DNA from: Amphiscolops sp. MND2022
Taxonomy: Eukaryota
Reading direction: 5' to 3'
DNA: 60,000 nucleotides
NCBI GenBank assembly: GCA_964187785.1
Contig: OZ076409.1
Location: forward strand, 64,482,001-64,542,000
The translations under genes were made by a program, and so were the position numbers. The notes under the pieces are model-generated. The model was not told the DNA's origin and searched no databases. It saw only the letters and a list, made by a program, of their open reading frames with translations. Of the stretch, positions 14,080 through 24,966 are shown piece after piece; within the stretch, counting starts at the first letter, position 1, and each line of letters opens with the position of its first letter.

Positions 14080-14860
14080 AAGTGTTGGCCAATATAAAAC
14101 ATGGTTGTTTTAAAACAGTTTTAAAACACTGTTTTATTTTGAAATAAAATATATTCCGATCAGACGTTTTTTATTTCATGTACATGTAATCGATGTCTAC
14201 AAACAAGTAGGCCTCAAAATGAGTAATTTTATAAATGTCAAGTGAAAACGAAAACCTACACTGAAGAATTGCTAAAATTGGCACTTGAAATAGTATGCCT
14301 AGTCCATCCATTCTGATCTTCGCAGCAGGCTTGGAGTTCAGAAAGTTGAAAAACTGTTTTGTGATTCGATATTTGAATGGGTGTCCGGACATTACGCCCA
14401 AGGACATTACGCCCAAAGCGGACATTACGCCCAAACGTAAATTACGCCCAAGGAAATTACGATAATGTAATCAGCTATGCTCACATACTTCTAGTGCCCT
14501 AAATGCAGGAGCGAAGCGAAGCGGAGCGACGTGCCATATGGCCATGCCTCAATGTTGCTACTTGGCGAAGGGACCGAAGCGACCGAGCCATACAACAAAT
14601 ATTTAAACCTCTTCAAATAATAACCTGAAAAAAATTGCTGCTATTCGCTTCGAATAGCTTAATTTCATTGGGCGTAATTTCCGTTTGGGCGTAATTTCCG
14701 TTTGGGCGTAATTTTCTTGGGCGTAATGTCTTTGGGCGTATTGTCCTAGAACCATTTGAATGATATTGAATAAATTCATTCACTCAAGCTTGTTTTTGTC
14801 TTTTTTCTGTCACGTTTGTTTTGTTTAAAATTAATTTAAAACTTAGAATGGCCAACCCTG
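14080..14860. mobile_element. hAT-type MITE containing a foldback element
   Basis: AAGTGTTGGCCA / TGGCCAACCCTG; TSD GCCCTGAT / GCCCTGTT (7/8). Confidence 0.6.
14380..14753. mobile_element. Foldback/MULE-type element with tandem subterminal repeats
   Basis: Arrays of ATTACGCCCAA on the left and TTGGGCGTAAT on the right; perfect 9-bp TSD ATTTGAATG. Confidence 0.85.
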
Positions 14861-15030
14861 GCCCTGTTCAAGAATGCATGGGATCCCCAAAGAGAAATAG
14901 CGTGAATGGATATTATATTTGGACCTTAAATTGCTCCCTTAAAAATTGAAGTAGAACGTTTAATGTTTCCGTTTAATCCTCTTGTGTTAATAATTTCAGC
15001 AGGGTTGTCAGAAAAACGTTTTTTATCTAA

Positions 15031-15880
15031 AACCAGAGCCGCATATGCGGTAAAGGAGTCGGCTTAAGTCTTTTTCCTTCTGACTCGCTTTCGTTCGAAT
15101 CGTATGAACAGTTTGTGAGAAAATTGAAAAAATCGAAAAATGACTGTTTTTTTGGCCATTTTTAAAGCTAAATTTGGCTATGTTTCTCACATCCCAGCCA
15201 TACGAATTTAATGAAATTGCACATAAAGGACCATAATATGGTGTAGAATGACTGTAGAAAATTTCGTTCGAATCGTATGGACAGGTTTTGAGAAAATCGA
15301 AAAATGACTGTTTTTTGGCCATTTTTGGGCTAATTTTGGCTATGTTTCTCACATCCCAGCCATACGATTTTGATGCCATTGCACATATAGGACTCTATTA
15401 TGGTGTAGAATAACTGTAGAAAATTTCGTTCGAATCGTATGGACAGTTTTTGAGAAAAACGAAAAAAGTCGAAAAATGGCTGTTTTTTGGCCATTTTTGG
15501 GCTAATTTTGGCTATTTTTCTCACATCCCAGCCACACGATTTTGATGCCATTGCACATATAGGACTCTAATATGGTGTAGAATAACTGTAGAAAATTTCG
15601 TTCGAATCGTATGGACAGTTTTTGAGAAAATCGAAAAAAGTCGAAAAATGGCTGTTTTTTGGCCATTTTTGGGCTAATTTTGGCTATGTTTCTCACATCC
15701 CAGTCATACGATTTTGATGCCTTTACACACGCAGGGGCCCCTTTGGGTGTAGAATGACTGTGCAAAATTTCGTGAAAATTTTATGGATAGTTTTTGAGAA
15801 ATTTGAAATTTTCATGAAAAGGTCGGGAGAAAAAAAAACAAAAAAAACAGCACGATTGCATAAGTAGTCGAAAATTTTTT
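15031..15880 (-). mobile_element. HINE-like family 2 carrying a 172-bp tandem array
   Basis: AACCAG + hairpin CCGCATATGCGG + AGGAGTCGG at one end; matches the copy at 30862-31966. Confidence 0.65.
15090..15780. repeat. Tandem repeat, ~172-bp unit, 4 copies
   Basis: Marker TTCGTTCGAATCG at 15090, 15263, 15425, 15597, degenerate at 15769. Confidence 0.95.
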
Positions 15881-16845
15881 CAGTTTAACAGTTTTTGTAT
15901 TTTATGTTTTTTTTATTTTTCAGCGACACATAGTACATAAGCATCACAAAATGAAGCAATTCATTCAAGCTGAGTTCAGTTGCCGGTAGAGGAAGGCCAT
16001 TTTGCCGGCTTTTTGGGCGTCCAAATTGCTTCGAAGCTTGTGGGTCCCCTGTTGTGTCAACGGTTTCTATTAAATAACATTCAATTTTTTTGAAAAAGAG
16101 CCAAATTTAGTCTTCTTTTCGACCCATTTCAACCTGAAAAAGATGATTGCACGTAAATTGTTTTAAACAACGTTTTTTATGGGTGTTTTAAAACATGTTT
16201 TATTGGTATGTGTTTTGAAACATGTTTTAAAACATGACAACCTTGAATTTCAGTATTTCAAAAATTTGGTGCTGGGGAAAACAGAAAACAGTTTTTATGA
16301 AACAAGACGCCCGCTATGCACCGGGATATTTTCCGCCTTCAATTGAAAGCCGAAATCGAAAATTTACCTCCTCCTTGCTAAAACGCATTTTACTTCGGAT
16401 ATAACGTCAAAATTCGGATATAGCGCAATTTTTTCAAACCTACACTTCCTCCGTAGAAAAACAATTGACTTCGAATATAACGTCAAAAGTTCGGATACAG
16501 CGTGCTGGGACAAATGGGAACGCTTGTTTTCGAACCTCTGCCTCCTCCTTAGTAAAACACAATATTAAATTTAAAATGGAGTAAAAGTGGACTTTTGGCA
16601 GAATTTGGAAAAAAAACGCAACACAGATCACAATTTCCTCCTTCTGTACAATAAATCGTGGGGGCGAAAAATAACACGAAGCACTATAAAACTCAAGTAG
16701 CCCATACACTCTTAAAAATATGCTTAAGCTTCAACTTCCACGCTCCAGCAAAAAAAGCATAAATGCAAGAATTTATTTCAGAATTGCCTATGAAGTCCGT
16801 AACATCGATCATGGCAAAAAGTCCCATAAAAAAGTTACATGCCAG

Positions 16846-17648
16846 GGTTCTTTTCTGTTCCAGCCCCCAGAAAATTCCAAAATTTTTTAAAATAACTTTC
16901 CTTAAAAACAGTAGACTATCCTAATTAAAAGTAAAACCTTCCTTCATAGCAGGAAGTTAACTTCTATTAGAGTAGTTTTTCGCTAGAACAAAACATTGTT
17001 CACGCATTTTGACGGCTCTTTTCTGCCACTCCCCAACACCAAATTTTTCTGGAAAGTTCAGGTTTTAAATTTATTCTCATGGTGATAGTTTACGATTCAG
17101 ATACAAACTTTGTTCACACTTTTTCCCTATGTAGTTACGCATTTCTGATGAAGAAATCGACACCTTCCTGTTTTGAGTCATCAATAAACACAAAATACGA
17201 ACATAATTAACATAATTATAGTCAAAATGTGTGAACGATGTTTTGTTTAAGCGGAAAACTACTCTGATAGAAGTTAACTTACTGTTATGAAAGAAGGTTT
17301 TACTATTAATTAGGCTAGTCTAAAGTTTTTAAGGAAAGTTATTTACAAAAATTTTGGTGGTGGGGGGGGGTAAACAGAAAAGAGCCATTTTGACTATAAT
17401 TATGTTCGTATTAAGTGTCTATTGATGACTCAAAACAGGAAGCTGTTGATTTCTTCATCAAAAATGCGTGACTACTTAAGGAAAAAGTGTGAACAAAGTT
17501 TGTATCTGAATCCTTAACTATCACCTTGAGAATAAATTTAAAACTGAAACTTTCTGGTTTGTATTCAAGTCTATTTGTTATATTTTCACTAATTTTCCAA
17601 AACAAATTTTGGTGGTGGTGGGGTGGGGGGGCTGTACAGAAAAGAGCC
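16846..17648 (-). mobile_element. 8-bp-TSD MITE (outer copy, split by a copy of itself)
   Basis: TIR GGTTCTTTTCTG / CAGAAAAGAGCC; TSD CATGCCAG / CATGTCAG. Confidence 0.8.
17014..17386 (+). mobile_element. 8-bp-TSD MITE (inner copy)
   Basis: TIR GGCTCTTTTCTG / CAGAAAAGAGCC; perfect TSD ATTTTGAC. Confidence 0.85.
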
Positions 17649-17959
17649 CATGTCAGAATCTCCCAAGTTGAAATCTCCTAGGTTGAAATCTTAAAGTCAA
17701 AACACTGGTAGTATGGCTCGGTCTTTCTCCTTCCCGGGCGCATCGCACCCCTCCATGTTGGCCTTCGTCACAATCAGCCACTGGACCAGTAGTGGCGCGT
17801 CGCTCCGCCCCTACATTTAGGGTATTTCAACTTCCCTTAGGTTTTCCCTCAGGAGATTTAGACTTGACACCCATGAAAAAACTTGAGTCAAGCGTATGAT
17901 TTCGAAACTGTCTTAGAAAAAGTATTGACATAAAATGATGCATCCTTGAAAAACTTTGA

Positions 17960-18339
17960 GGCTCTTTTCTGTCCCCTCCCAAGCCACCAAGTTTTTTTTG
18001 GGAAAATTAAAGGCAATACTATAACAAAAAGACTTAATTACAGGCCAAAAACCTTCAATTTTGAATTTATTTCCAGGGTGACAGTTTAGAAGCCAGATAC
18101 AAACTTTGTTCACACTCTATTTCCTCGTGAAATCACGGTGATAATAAGAAGTTCAACAGCTTCCTGTTTTGAGTCACAAAGAAACAGTTGATACGAACAT
18201 AATTATGGTCAAAATGCGCGATAAATGGTTGGCTCAAACACAAAATTGTTAACTTCCTGTTATGGAAAAAAGAATTTACTTTTATTTAGGTTAATCTGAT
18301 TTTTTAAAATTTTGGTGGTGGGGGAAAACAGAAAAGATG
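17960..18339 (+). mobile_element. 8-bp-TSD MITE (third copy)
   Basis: Same TIR and body; TSD AACTTTGA. Confidence 0.8.
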
Positions 18340-18908
18340 AACTTTGAACTCGGCTAACCTAAATTGAAATGCTGGTCACGTGATCCAGTACTTCTGGCAT
18401 CTTCGCCTCCTAAAGCAAACCAAAAAACGCTTATGGATGCACGACCAGGCCCCACGCGGGCATACTACTCAGAATACGGCTGAAACAGGCCGATGTATAT
18501 ATTTTGAATTTCACACACCCTTGCACATGGGTTTGACCCCATGAATTCACTTCCTACAATTTTTTAACCTCGAGCGATCAGCTCGTGTAATAGAAGAAAA
18601 ATTTGGAGCGCTTGTCATAAAATTTTCCTCTTTTCCCCAAACTTAACTCATAGAAACACTGAAACATATCCTTAAATGAATAAATAGGCTCTTTTTTCCT
18701 GGATCTTAAAACTGGGTGGATACCTAAGCTGTCATCGTCAGGGTTGGGTTATTATAATCAATTGATTATAATCATCTTGATAAAAAACATCATGATTGAT
18801 AGGAATCAGTCAAAATATACCTGTTTTTAGCCGGCACTTTTCGAGAAAAGTGCACGACTATTGCAGTGACAGAAAAGAACCAAAGATAGAAGACAGTTGT
18901 TTTCTAAC

Positions 18909-19048
18909 CTCTGGATCTGTGTCTCTTATCCTGGGGCGAGTTGCTTCTGTGTTTGTTGTTGGAAGTGGATGGGTTGCCACCTGCCCTCTGAGGCGAGTCC
19001 ATGCCCCCGATAGGCGTGAGATTCGAGATAGAGTTGGATCTCCTGCGT
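18909..19048 (-). CDS. TMCC/TEX28-like gene, exon (RRRSNSIS...HRSR)
   Basis: ttccag acceptor, gttaga donor, 140 bp, phase 2-1. Confidence 0.85.
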
Positions 19049-20223
19049 CTGGAAGGCATAGCGAGAGAACCATTTAATTCACGCACTAACTCCAATTACA
19101 AGTTCAAGGTCGATTTAATGGCTCAAAATTGTGCAACAATGGTAATGGCAAAATCAATTCACTCCAACCAATTGTGATAGATACTTTGCAGAATTCACGT
19201 GAACAAAATACAACAACAACAACATATAAATTAAGAATGGAATAAAGTCAAATCTTGATGATTTGGGACACAAAAAATCACCGGAAGACGTTATTTGAAA
19301 CTGTCATTATTCAAAATTTCTTGGCTGTAGACATTCTAATACCAATTTGAGAGAAATTATATTGCTGGAGATAACACTACAGTTGGTTTCCTTCTGTAAT
19401 ATTCTTTTATTGCCTACGGAAAGTCGTAAATTTGCTACTTGTCAACGAGAAAAGCAACTGGAAACGGCTTCCAGCTGACCGAGCGCAGTGGGAACTGTTC
19501 CGCCTTAATTTGAAAGAATGTATTGAGGAACGTCCGATTGTCTTGAAGGTTCAGACAAGCAGGAAAGGCTCTTCAGAAGACAAAAATCATCAGAAATTGA
19601 ATTAGTCGTCGAGAACCAAGAGGAAATAATCAGGATAAAAAGCGCATTTTAGACACCATTTGACACCAAATTCCGCTTCCACATTAAGTATTAACGATGA
19701 AGTATTTCAAACGTCAGATTTGGAGAAAACACATGGCTGGTCGGTCACAAATGGATAAACGGTACACCGTAACCGGAAAAATCATACATTGTATAACGGT
19801 AGCCGCTAAAAGTCCGCAGTTTACTTCCTACAATTTACGGCCCCGAATTTAGCACATATATAAAGAAAACCTGTGCTCTAAAATGGACCTGAGAACTATT
19901 CGTTGGCATATGTACGTAAAATTTCAAGCTCATTTGACGTAAAGCGTTCTACAAATTGCCCCAATTTTGACATAGATAGATGGCACAGGAAATGAGCTTT
20001 GGATGGATGAAAATCAAGATCCAACCCAAAAGCCACGCAACGTCTTCGCTGCCGAGAAATTAATTGGCTGGAGTTTTCAGTATACTCTGAGATTCAACTA
20101 TCAAATACTCGAACAATGTATTTGCAAAAATAATGCGGAAAAATTATGATGATGAGTTATGTGCGATTTTGTCTTCTTACTTTTGGTTTGCATATTTTTG
20201 TTACATCAGTTGCCTGTAAATCC

Positions 20224-20573
<350 letters not shown>

Positions 20574-20786
20574 TGTGGGAGGCTCTATGGTTTAAGCAAC
20601 GGCCAATTTTCTGGCCATAGAGTGTCCAAGCCCTGAATTCAGGTTAGCCATAGAGTGGTTTTACAAAAAGTCACATGTAGGAAACTTCCAGCATTACGGA
20701 AAGGTATTCACTCAAAAGCATTCCGGAAATGATTGCCGCATGCACTTGCGCAGCCTCGTCGCATAGGCGGAACTGGTAAATAACGA

Positions 20787-20900
20787 TGACGTAATTAGAC
20801 ACTCTCTGGCTAGTGACGTAATCACCATTCCCGCCAATACCAATACCTGTGTGACGTAATCAGACAACTGTAATTTATACAAAGCATCCGGATGACATAA
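20787..20900 (+). promoter_or_regulatory. Cluster of CRE/ATF-like TGACGTAAT sites upstream of the YR ORF (putative promoter)
   Basis: TGACGTAAT at 20787, 20814 and 20852 plus TGACATAA at 20893, 120-230 bp before ATG 21020. Confidence 0.5.
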
Positions 20901-21019
20901 CATTCATTTCAACACTGCATTCAATACGAATCATTGCGCTTGCTTCCAATTTCTTTTCAAAAATTTTAAATTTCCTATAATCACTCTTTGATCACCTTTT
21001 GGTTACATATAGACACGTA

Positions 21020-23266
21020 ATGGCTAGAGTACTTAGATCCGGTAGAAGAATTAAAAATGCTTCAGAAAAAGACTTCGAACAATCAGAATTGCCAGCATCT
21101 AGTCCAGAAAACTTAAATTTAGACTCGAGTTTCGGTTTACCAACACCAGGGCCTCTTACACAGGCTATAATAGACGATTTAGCTGGATCACAGTCCATCA
21201 TGCCAGAGCTCGACGAAATCGTGGAAAATGATTTTCTCCTGTTTTCCCCTAAAAAGACAGACAATTCCCCCTTTGAAGCCACCCATAGTCATGACGAAAT
21301 ACCCCCCGAAGTGTCTGAGACCGAACAAGGGCCGTCAACGATACCGGTCGAGCCAAAAACAGTGAAACGCGGAGTCAAACCAAAACAATCTGGTGAAATT
21401 CAGTGTCCTATCTGTCCAAAAAAAGTCAAATTCCTTCGTCAGCATTTAGTAAAGAGCCACAAATGGACCGGTGTCCACCTACGTTTCATTTTGAGTGTGT
21501 TTTCAACTAAAAATGCCAAAAGTCCCGTGTACGAATGCGCAGAATGTGTATACCGATTCACTCATCGTCAGCGACATTTGAGTCAATTCCCTCAACATTC
21601 AGTCAAAAACATCACCCGAGACAATTGCAATACATTTCCAGCCGAAATCATCAAATACATGAAAGAAAAAGGTGTCCTATCCGAGAGGGGCGGCGAATTG
21701 CTAAACAAATATCGCGATTATTGCATTGAAAAAATGAAACGACCACTTGCAAATTTCCAATTCGACGCAATTGCAAAGTTTTTCAGAGGCACACACAGCA
21801 TGAAAAGACCTGAACTAGTTGGCAAATGTCTTGATGATTTGAAAAAAGATCGCCAATATACTTTCAGCTCAGTACGAAAAATTTGTTTTGACATCAAACA
21901 GTTCATAAAGTGGATGAATGCCGGCTATCAAAAATCTTATCGAATAAACAAGGTCAGTTTTGACGACTCGATCAATTTGTGGCTCAGTGAGACTTCTAAG
22001 GACTGCCTTAAAGAACAGTCAAAGCGAAAACAGGAACGATTTGCACAAATTCCCACCATGGAATCGCTTTGTGAGATCCAAGACAAGGTGGAAAATTTCA
22101 TTGAAAACAAATTAGAATTAGACTCGCCATGGCATACATTGACGGTATTCGAAAAATTGTCGCTGGTATTATTCCAGATTCACTCACGAGCCAATTGCCG
22201 TGTTGGTATTTTGTTGTCTTTTACGACCGAACAACTTGACGCATATGAACCAGGGACCTTTATTCGCTCTAATGACCATAAAACCGGAAGTTTATTCACC
22301 AACTACGCCTATATAACAGCTTTTGAAAAGAAAGTTTTGCAAGAACTTCACAGCGAATACGAAGAAAAATTTGGTATCAAACCGACAACAATTTTTCCCG
22401 GCCACGATGATAATGAATTCACGTCGCAATCGGCCACAATCAGCCGTCTAATGAAAAATTTATTTGGCAAAAAAGACGAAAAATTCAACCCGAATTCATG
22501 CAGAAAAGTTTGGGAGACTTTTTATGAGAAAAACAAGCAAAAAATTCCGGCAAATCTCCGCAAAATATTCGAGGCTAATTCGGCACACTCTGAAAAGACG
22601 CGTGAGAAACACTATGTAGTGCCCCCAACAGATATGGAGCTACAAAACCTATTCGATGCCACAAATGATATCCGGGTTCAATTTCGAAAAAAACGCGCCG
22701 AAAAACCTTCAGAAATAACTTTGACAGTTCCCAGTACTGCTTCTGAGGAAGCTGCTGACACTACTGAAGATGAGGATGGGCCTCAAGATGAATTAATTGC
22801 TTGTTCGTCAAAAAGTTTGTCCAAAAATGTTCAAGTGAAAACTGGTCAAAAAAGTGAAAAACGCAAAAAAGTCAAAAAAGTCTCAAAAAAGAATGAAAAT
22901 AGCGAATCCGAAACAGACGACGACTCTGAAAGCGACGGTGATGGTAACGACAAAGAATTTCTACCCCCGCGAAATGCAAAAGTGGTCAAAATTGAAGATA
23001 CAAACATCAAAACAAGAATGAAAAATGAGGAATTGTATGATGAAATAGCCAGAAAACTTTTGAAATTCAGTAACCGAAAGTCTTTCCCGTTAGAAAAAGA
23101 GTATAAAAGAGCTTGTCGAATGGTGGCTTCAAAGAGAGCAAAGCTGTCGAAAGGCAACGTAAAAGACATTGTAAACGAATTGAAATTAAATGAGGAAGAT
23201 ACTGCGTTTGTTTTCAAAAAAGTTTATTGTAAGATGGTTAACGTTTACGCTACTGTAAAATTTTAG
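21020..23266 (+). CDS. Tyrosine recombinase with two N-terminal C2H2-like zinc fingers (748 aa from the first ATG)
   Basis: Longest ORF in the window, intronless. Numbering on the supplied 755-aa ORF: CPIC-x9-H-x4-H (C136), CAEC-x9-H-x6-H (C180), core-binding-like helix YTFSSVRKICFDIKQFIKWM, YR catalytic order R401 (NCRVG), K428 (HKTG), N499-x-x-R502, H530, Y539 (AHSEKTREKHY); acidic/lysine-rich tail. Confidence 0.85.
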   Translation: MARVLRSGRRIKNASEKDFEQSELPASSPENLNLDSSFGLPTPGPLTQAIIDDLAGSQSIMPELDEIVENDFLLFSPKKTDNSPFEATHSHDEIPPEVSETEQGPSTIPVEPKTVKRGVKPKQSGEIQCPICPKKVKFLRQHLVKSHKWTGVHLRFILSVFSTKNAKSPVYECAECVYRFTHRQRHLSQFPQHSVKNITRDNCNTFPAEIIKYMKEKGVLSERGGELLNKYRDYCIEKMKRPLANFQFDAIAKFFRGTHSMKRPELVGKCLDDLKKDRQYTFSSVRKICFDIKQFIKWMNAGYQKSYRINKVSFDDSINLWLSETSKDCLKEQSKRKQERFAQIPTMESLCEIQDKVENFIENKLELDSPWHTLTVFEKLSLVLFQIHSRANCRVGILLSFTTEQLDAYEPGTFIRSNDHKTGSLFTNYAYITAFEKKVLQELHSEYEEKFGIKPTTIFPGHDDNEFTSQSATISRLMKNLFGKKDEKFNPNSCRKVWETFYEKNKQKIPANLRKIFEANSAHSEKTREKHYVVPPTDMELQNLFDATNDIRVQFRKKRAEKPSEITLTVPSTASEEAADTTEDEDGPQDELIACSSKSLSKNVQVKTGQKSEKRKKVKKVSKKNENSESETDDDSESDGDGNDKEFLPPRNAKVVKIEDTNIKTRMKNEELYDEIARKLLKFSNRKSFPLEKEYKRACRMVASKRAKLSKGNVKDIVNELKLNEEDTAFVFKKVYCKMVNVYATVKF

Positions 23267-23901
23267 TCTCTACATAGATAATGAGTGACCCTTTTACTGC
23301 TGGTAATTACTGGATAGTTTTGAATTGCCTCAATCAGAGTTTTCAGTTACTTTGTTGAATTGAAATTTGAGCTGCCGAAATCTCTTAAACCACCACGTGT
23401 CTATGTGTAACCAAATTTATAACAAAGAGTGTCTAATAGTAACTAGATTGACAATGAACGTCTAATAGTTATTTTAGTGCAAGCGGTGTAAAACGCCAGT
23501 AACACTGCTACAGTGCGTGTATAGACTGAGAACAACTTCTGATCATTCATAAAATGATTGGCCAATGAGAAATGAGACCACACTTGAATTACGTCACACA
23601 TTACGATTCGCATCTGATACTCTCGCTGGATGACCATAGAGAGTCGTATAATCCCGAAATAGAAGCTGAAAATGTTTTGGGACCTGAAAACCATTCTAAT
23701 CTGAAATGAGACACTTGGAATTATTTGCAATTGTAATCTTATCACCACAGAGAATGTTTTCCAACCATTTGATTGTCCTGAAAAAGTTTTGAAGAGTTTT
23801 TTGAGAAGTTTGAATTTTTGAGGTTGGCCATAGAGAGTCTGGGTATGACATAAAAAGTCCTATTATTAACGGGCTTTTAGCCATAGAGAGTACTATAATA
23901 C

Positions 23902-23967
<66 letters not shown>
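23902..23967. repeat. (TAA)n microsatellite, 22 units, right flank of the YR element
   Basis: 66 bp pure TAA repeat in the same orientation as the left array. Confidence 0.99.
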
Positions 23968-23970
<3 letters not shown>

Positions 23971-24197
23971 GAAGCTAATTGTGGGACAGAGATACGCGAC
24001 TCAAATCATCAAATATTTGATATTTCAAGACTCTGTGGAGAATAATGTTGAAAGAATGGGAACCTATATTTGCGATAGAATGCTTGTTCGTTACGCCATT
24101 TTGTTTCGCATGACGGTAACAAAAATGGGTAGTAGGATTTGAAGATTCCTTTGCGATTGAAAAATATTGTTTTCGAAATTGTGAGATCGTGACTTAC

Positions 24198-24331
24198 AAT
24201 TTAGTTTTGTGTTTGGTGAGGAGCGGATGATTGGGGTCGTAAGTGGCCAGTTTGTCGGCGTAACCCTCTAGCACTAAGTTGAGTTCTCCCAGCATATCAT
24301 CATACTTCGTCAACAAGTCGACAGCATGGGC
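24198..24331 (-). CDS. TMCC/TEX28-like gene, exon (AHAVDLLTKY...KTKL)
   Basis: ttttag acceptor, gtaagt donor, 134 bp, phase 0-2; bridges the phases of its neighbours. Confidence 0.85.
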
Positions 24332-24966
24332 CTAAAATATTCATTTGATTCATAGTACTATTATGATTAATTATTCTGCTTTTACTTTCACTCTTTTTTG
24401 GCCCTGCGCAACTTCATACGATTTTTAGTGAGTGCTTTTAGAAGAAAAACAAGCGACTCTTACAAAGACTAGTTTTTTCCTTCGGCATCCCCTCGAAGCA
24501 TCCACGTTCTTGTTCAACTTCGTTAGTTGGTTTCATATAGTCGTGCCTCAAGCTTAAAATGTCACTAGGACCATATTACAAAGCTAGTCAGTAGCATATT
24601 AAGGTTGGTCCCGATTTGGGTTTTTTGACACTGTGCGACTTTTTAGCGAAATTTTCTAAATTTCACCAAACTTTCAGTTTTTCGGCAGTGTGAAATTTTG
24701 CAGGATTTTGAAAATTCAACTCTATTTCTTTTGAAAATGATTTCTTAAGCGGGGAGCAGGCTTAGGCCGTTCACTTGTTTCCATTTCAATTTCCAATCTC
24801 TTGTTTTATCTTTTTGATATTTTCAGTCGAGGCAGAGCGTTTGTATGCTTAAAGACCCTCCTTTTGGAATTTTTAAATTTTTCGGAATTCTCAGAAAACA
24901 GACCCAGAGCATGTTTCTTCAAAGGACTTCTGGCTTTTAGCGGGGCGCTGACTTGCACCTTCCCGA

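Larger units (their letters stand above)
15000..16245. mobile_element. hAT-type MITE hosting HINE family 2
   Basis: TIR CAGGGTTGTCA / TGACAACCTTG; 8-bp TSD AATTTCAG. Confidence 0.75.
20574..23897 (+). mobile_element. Crypton-like tyrosine-recombinase DNA element inserted between (TAA)n arrays
   Basis: One intact YR ORF; imperfect terminal inverted repeat (left TGTGGGAGGCTCTATGG at 20574-20590, right CCATAGAGAGTACTATA at 23881-23897); six CCATAGAG boxes; (TAA)n on both sides; no RT, no LTRs, no nested insertions. Boundaries uncertain by a few bp inside the microsatellite. Confidence 0.8.

Noticed and set aside
14380..15780. CRISPR-like arrays
   Set aside because: Repeats lack unique spacers, no cas genes; explained as foldback arms and a tandem array.
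19400..20223. LINE 3' end whose tail would explain the left (TAA)n
   Set aside because: No convincing RT or endonuclease motif in the frames I translated; cannot be excluded without a search.
22846..23217. Antisense ORFs within the YR gene
   Set aside because: Shadow frames of the lysine/acidic-rich coding strand.
20574..23897. DIRS/Ngaro retrotransposon, prophage or integron interpretation of the YR
   Set aside because: No RT/RNase H, gag, split repeats, phage genes or attC cassettes; context is a eukaryotic intron.
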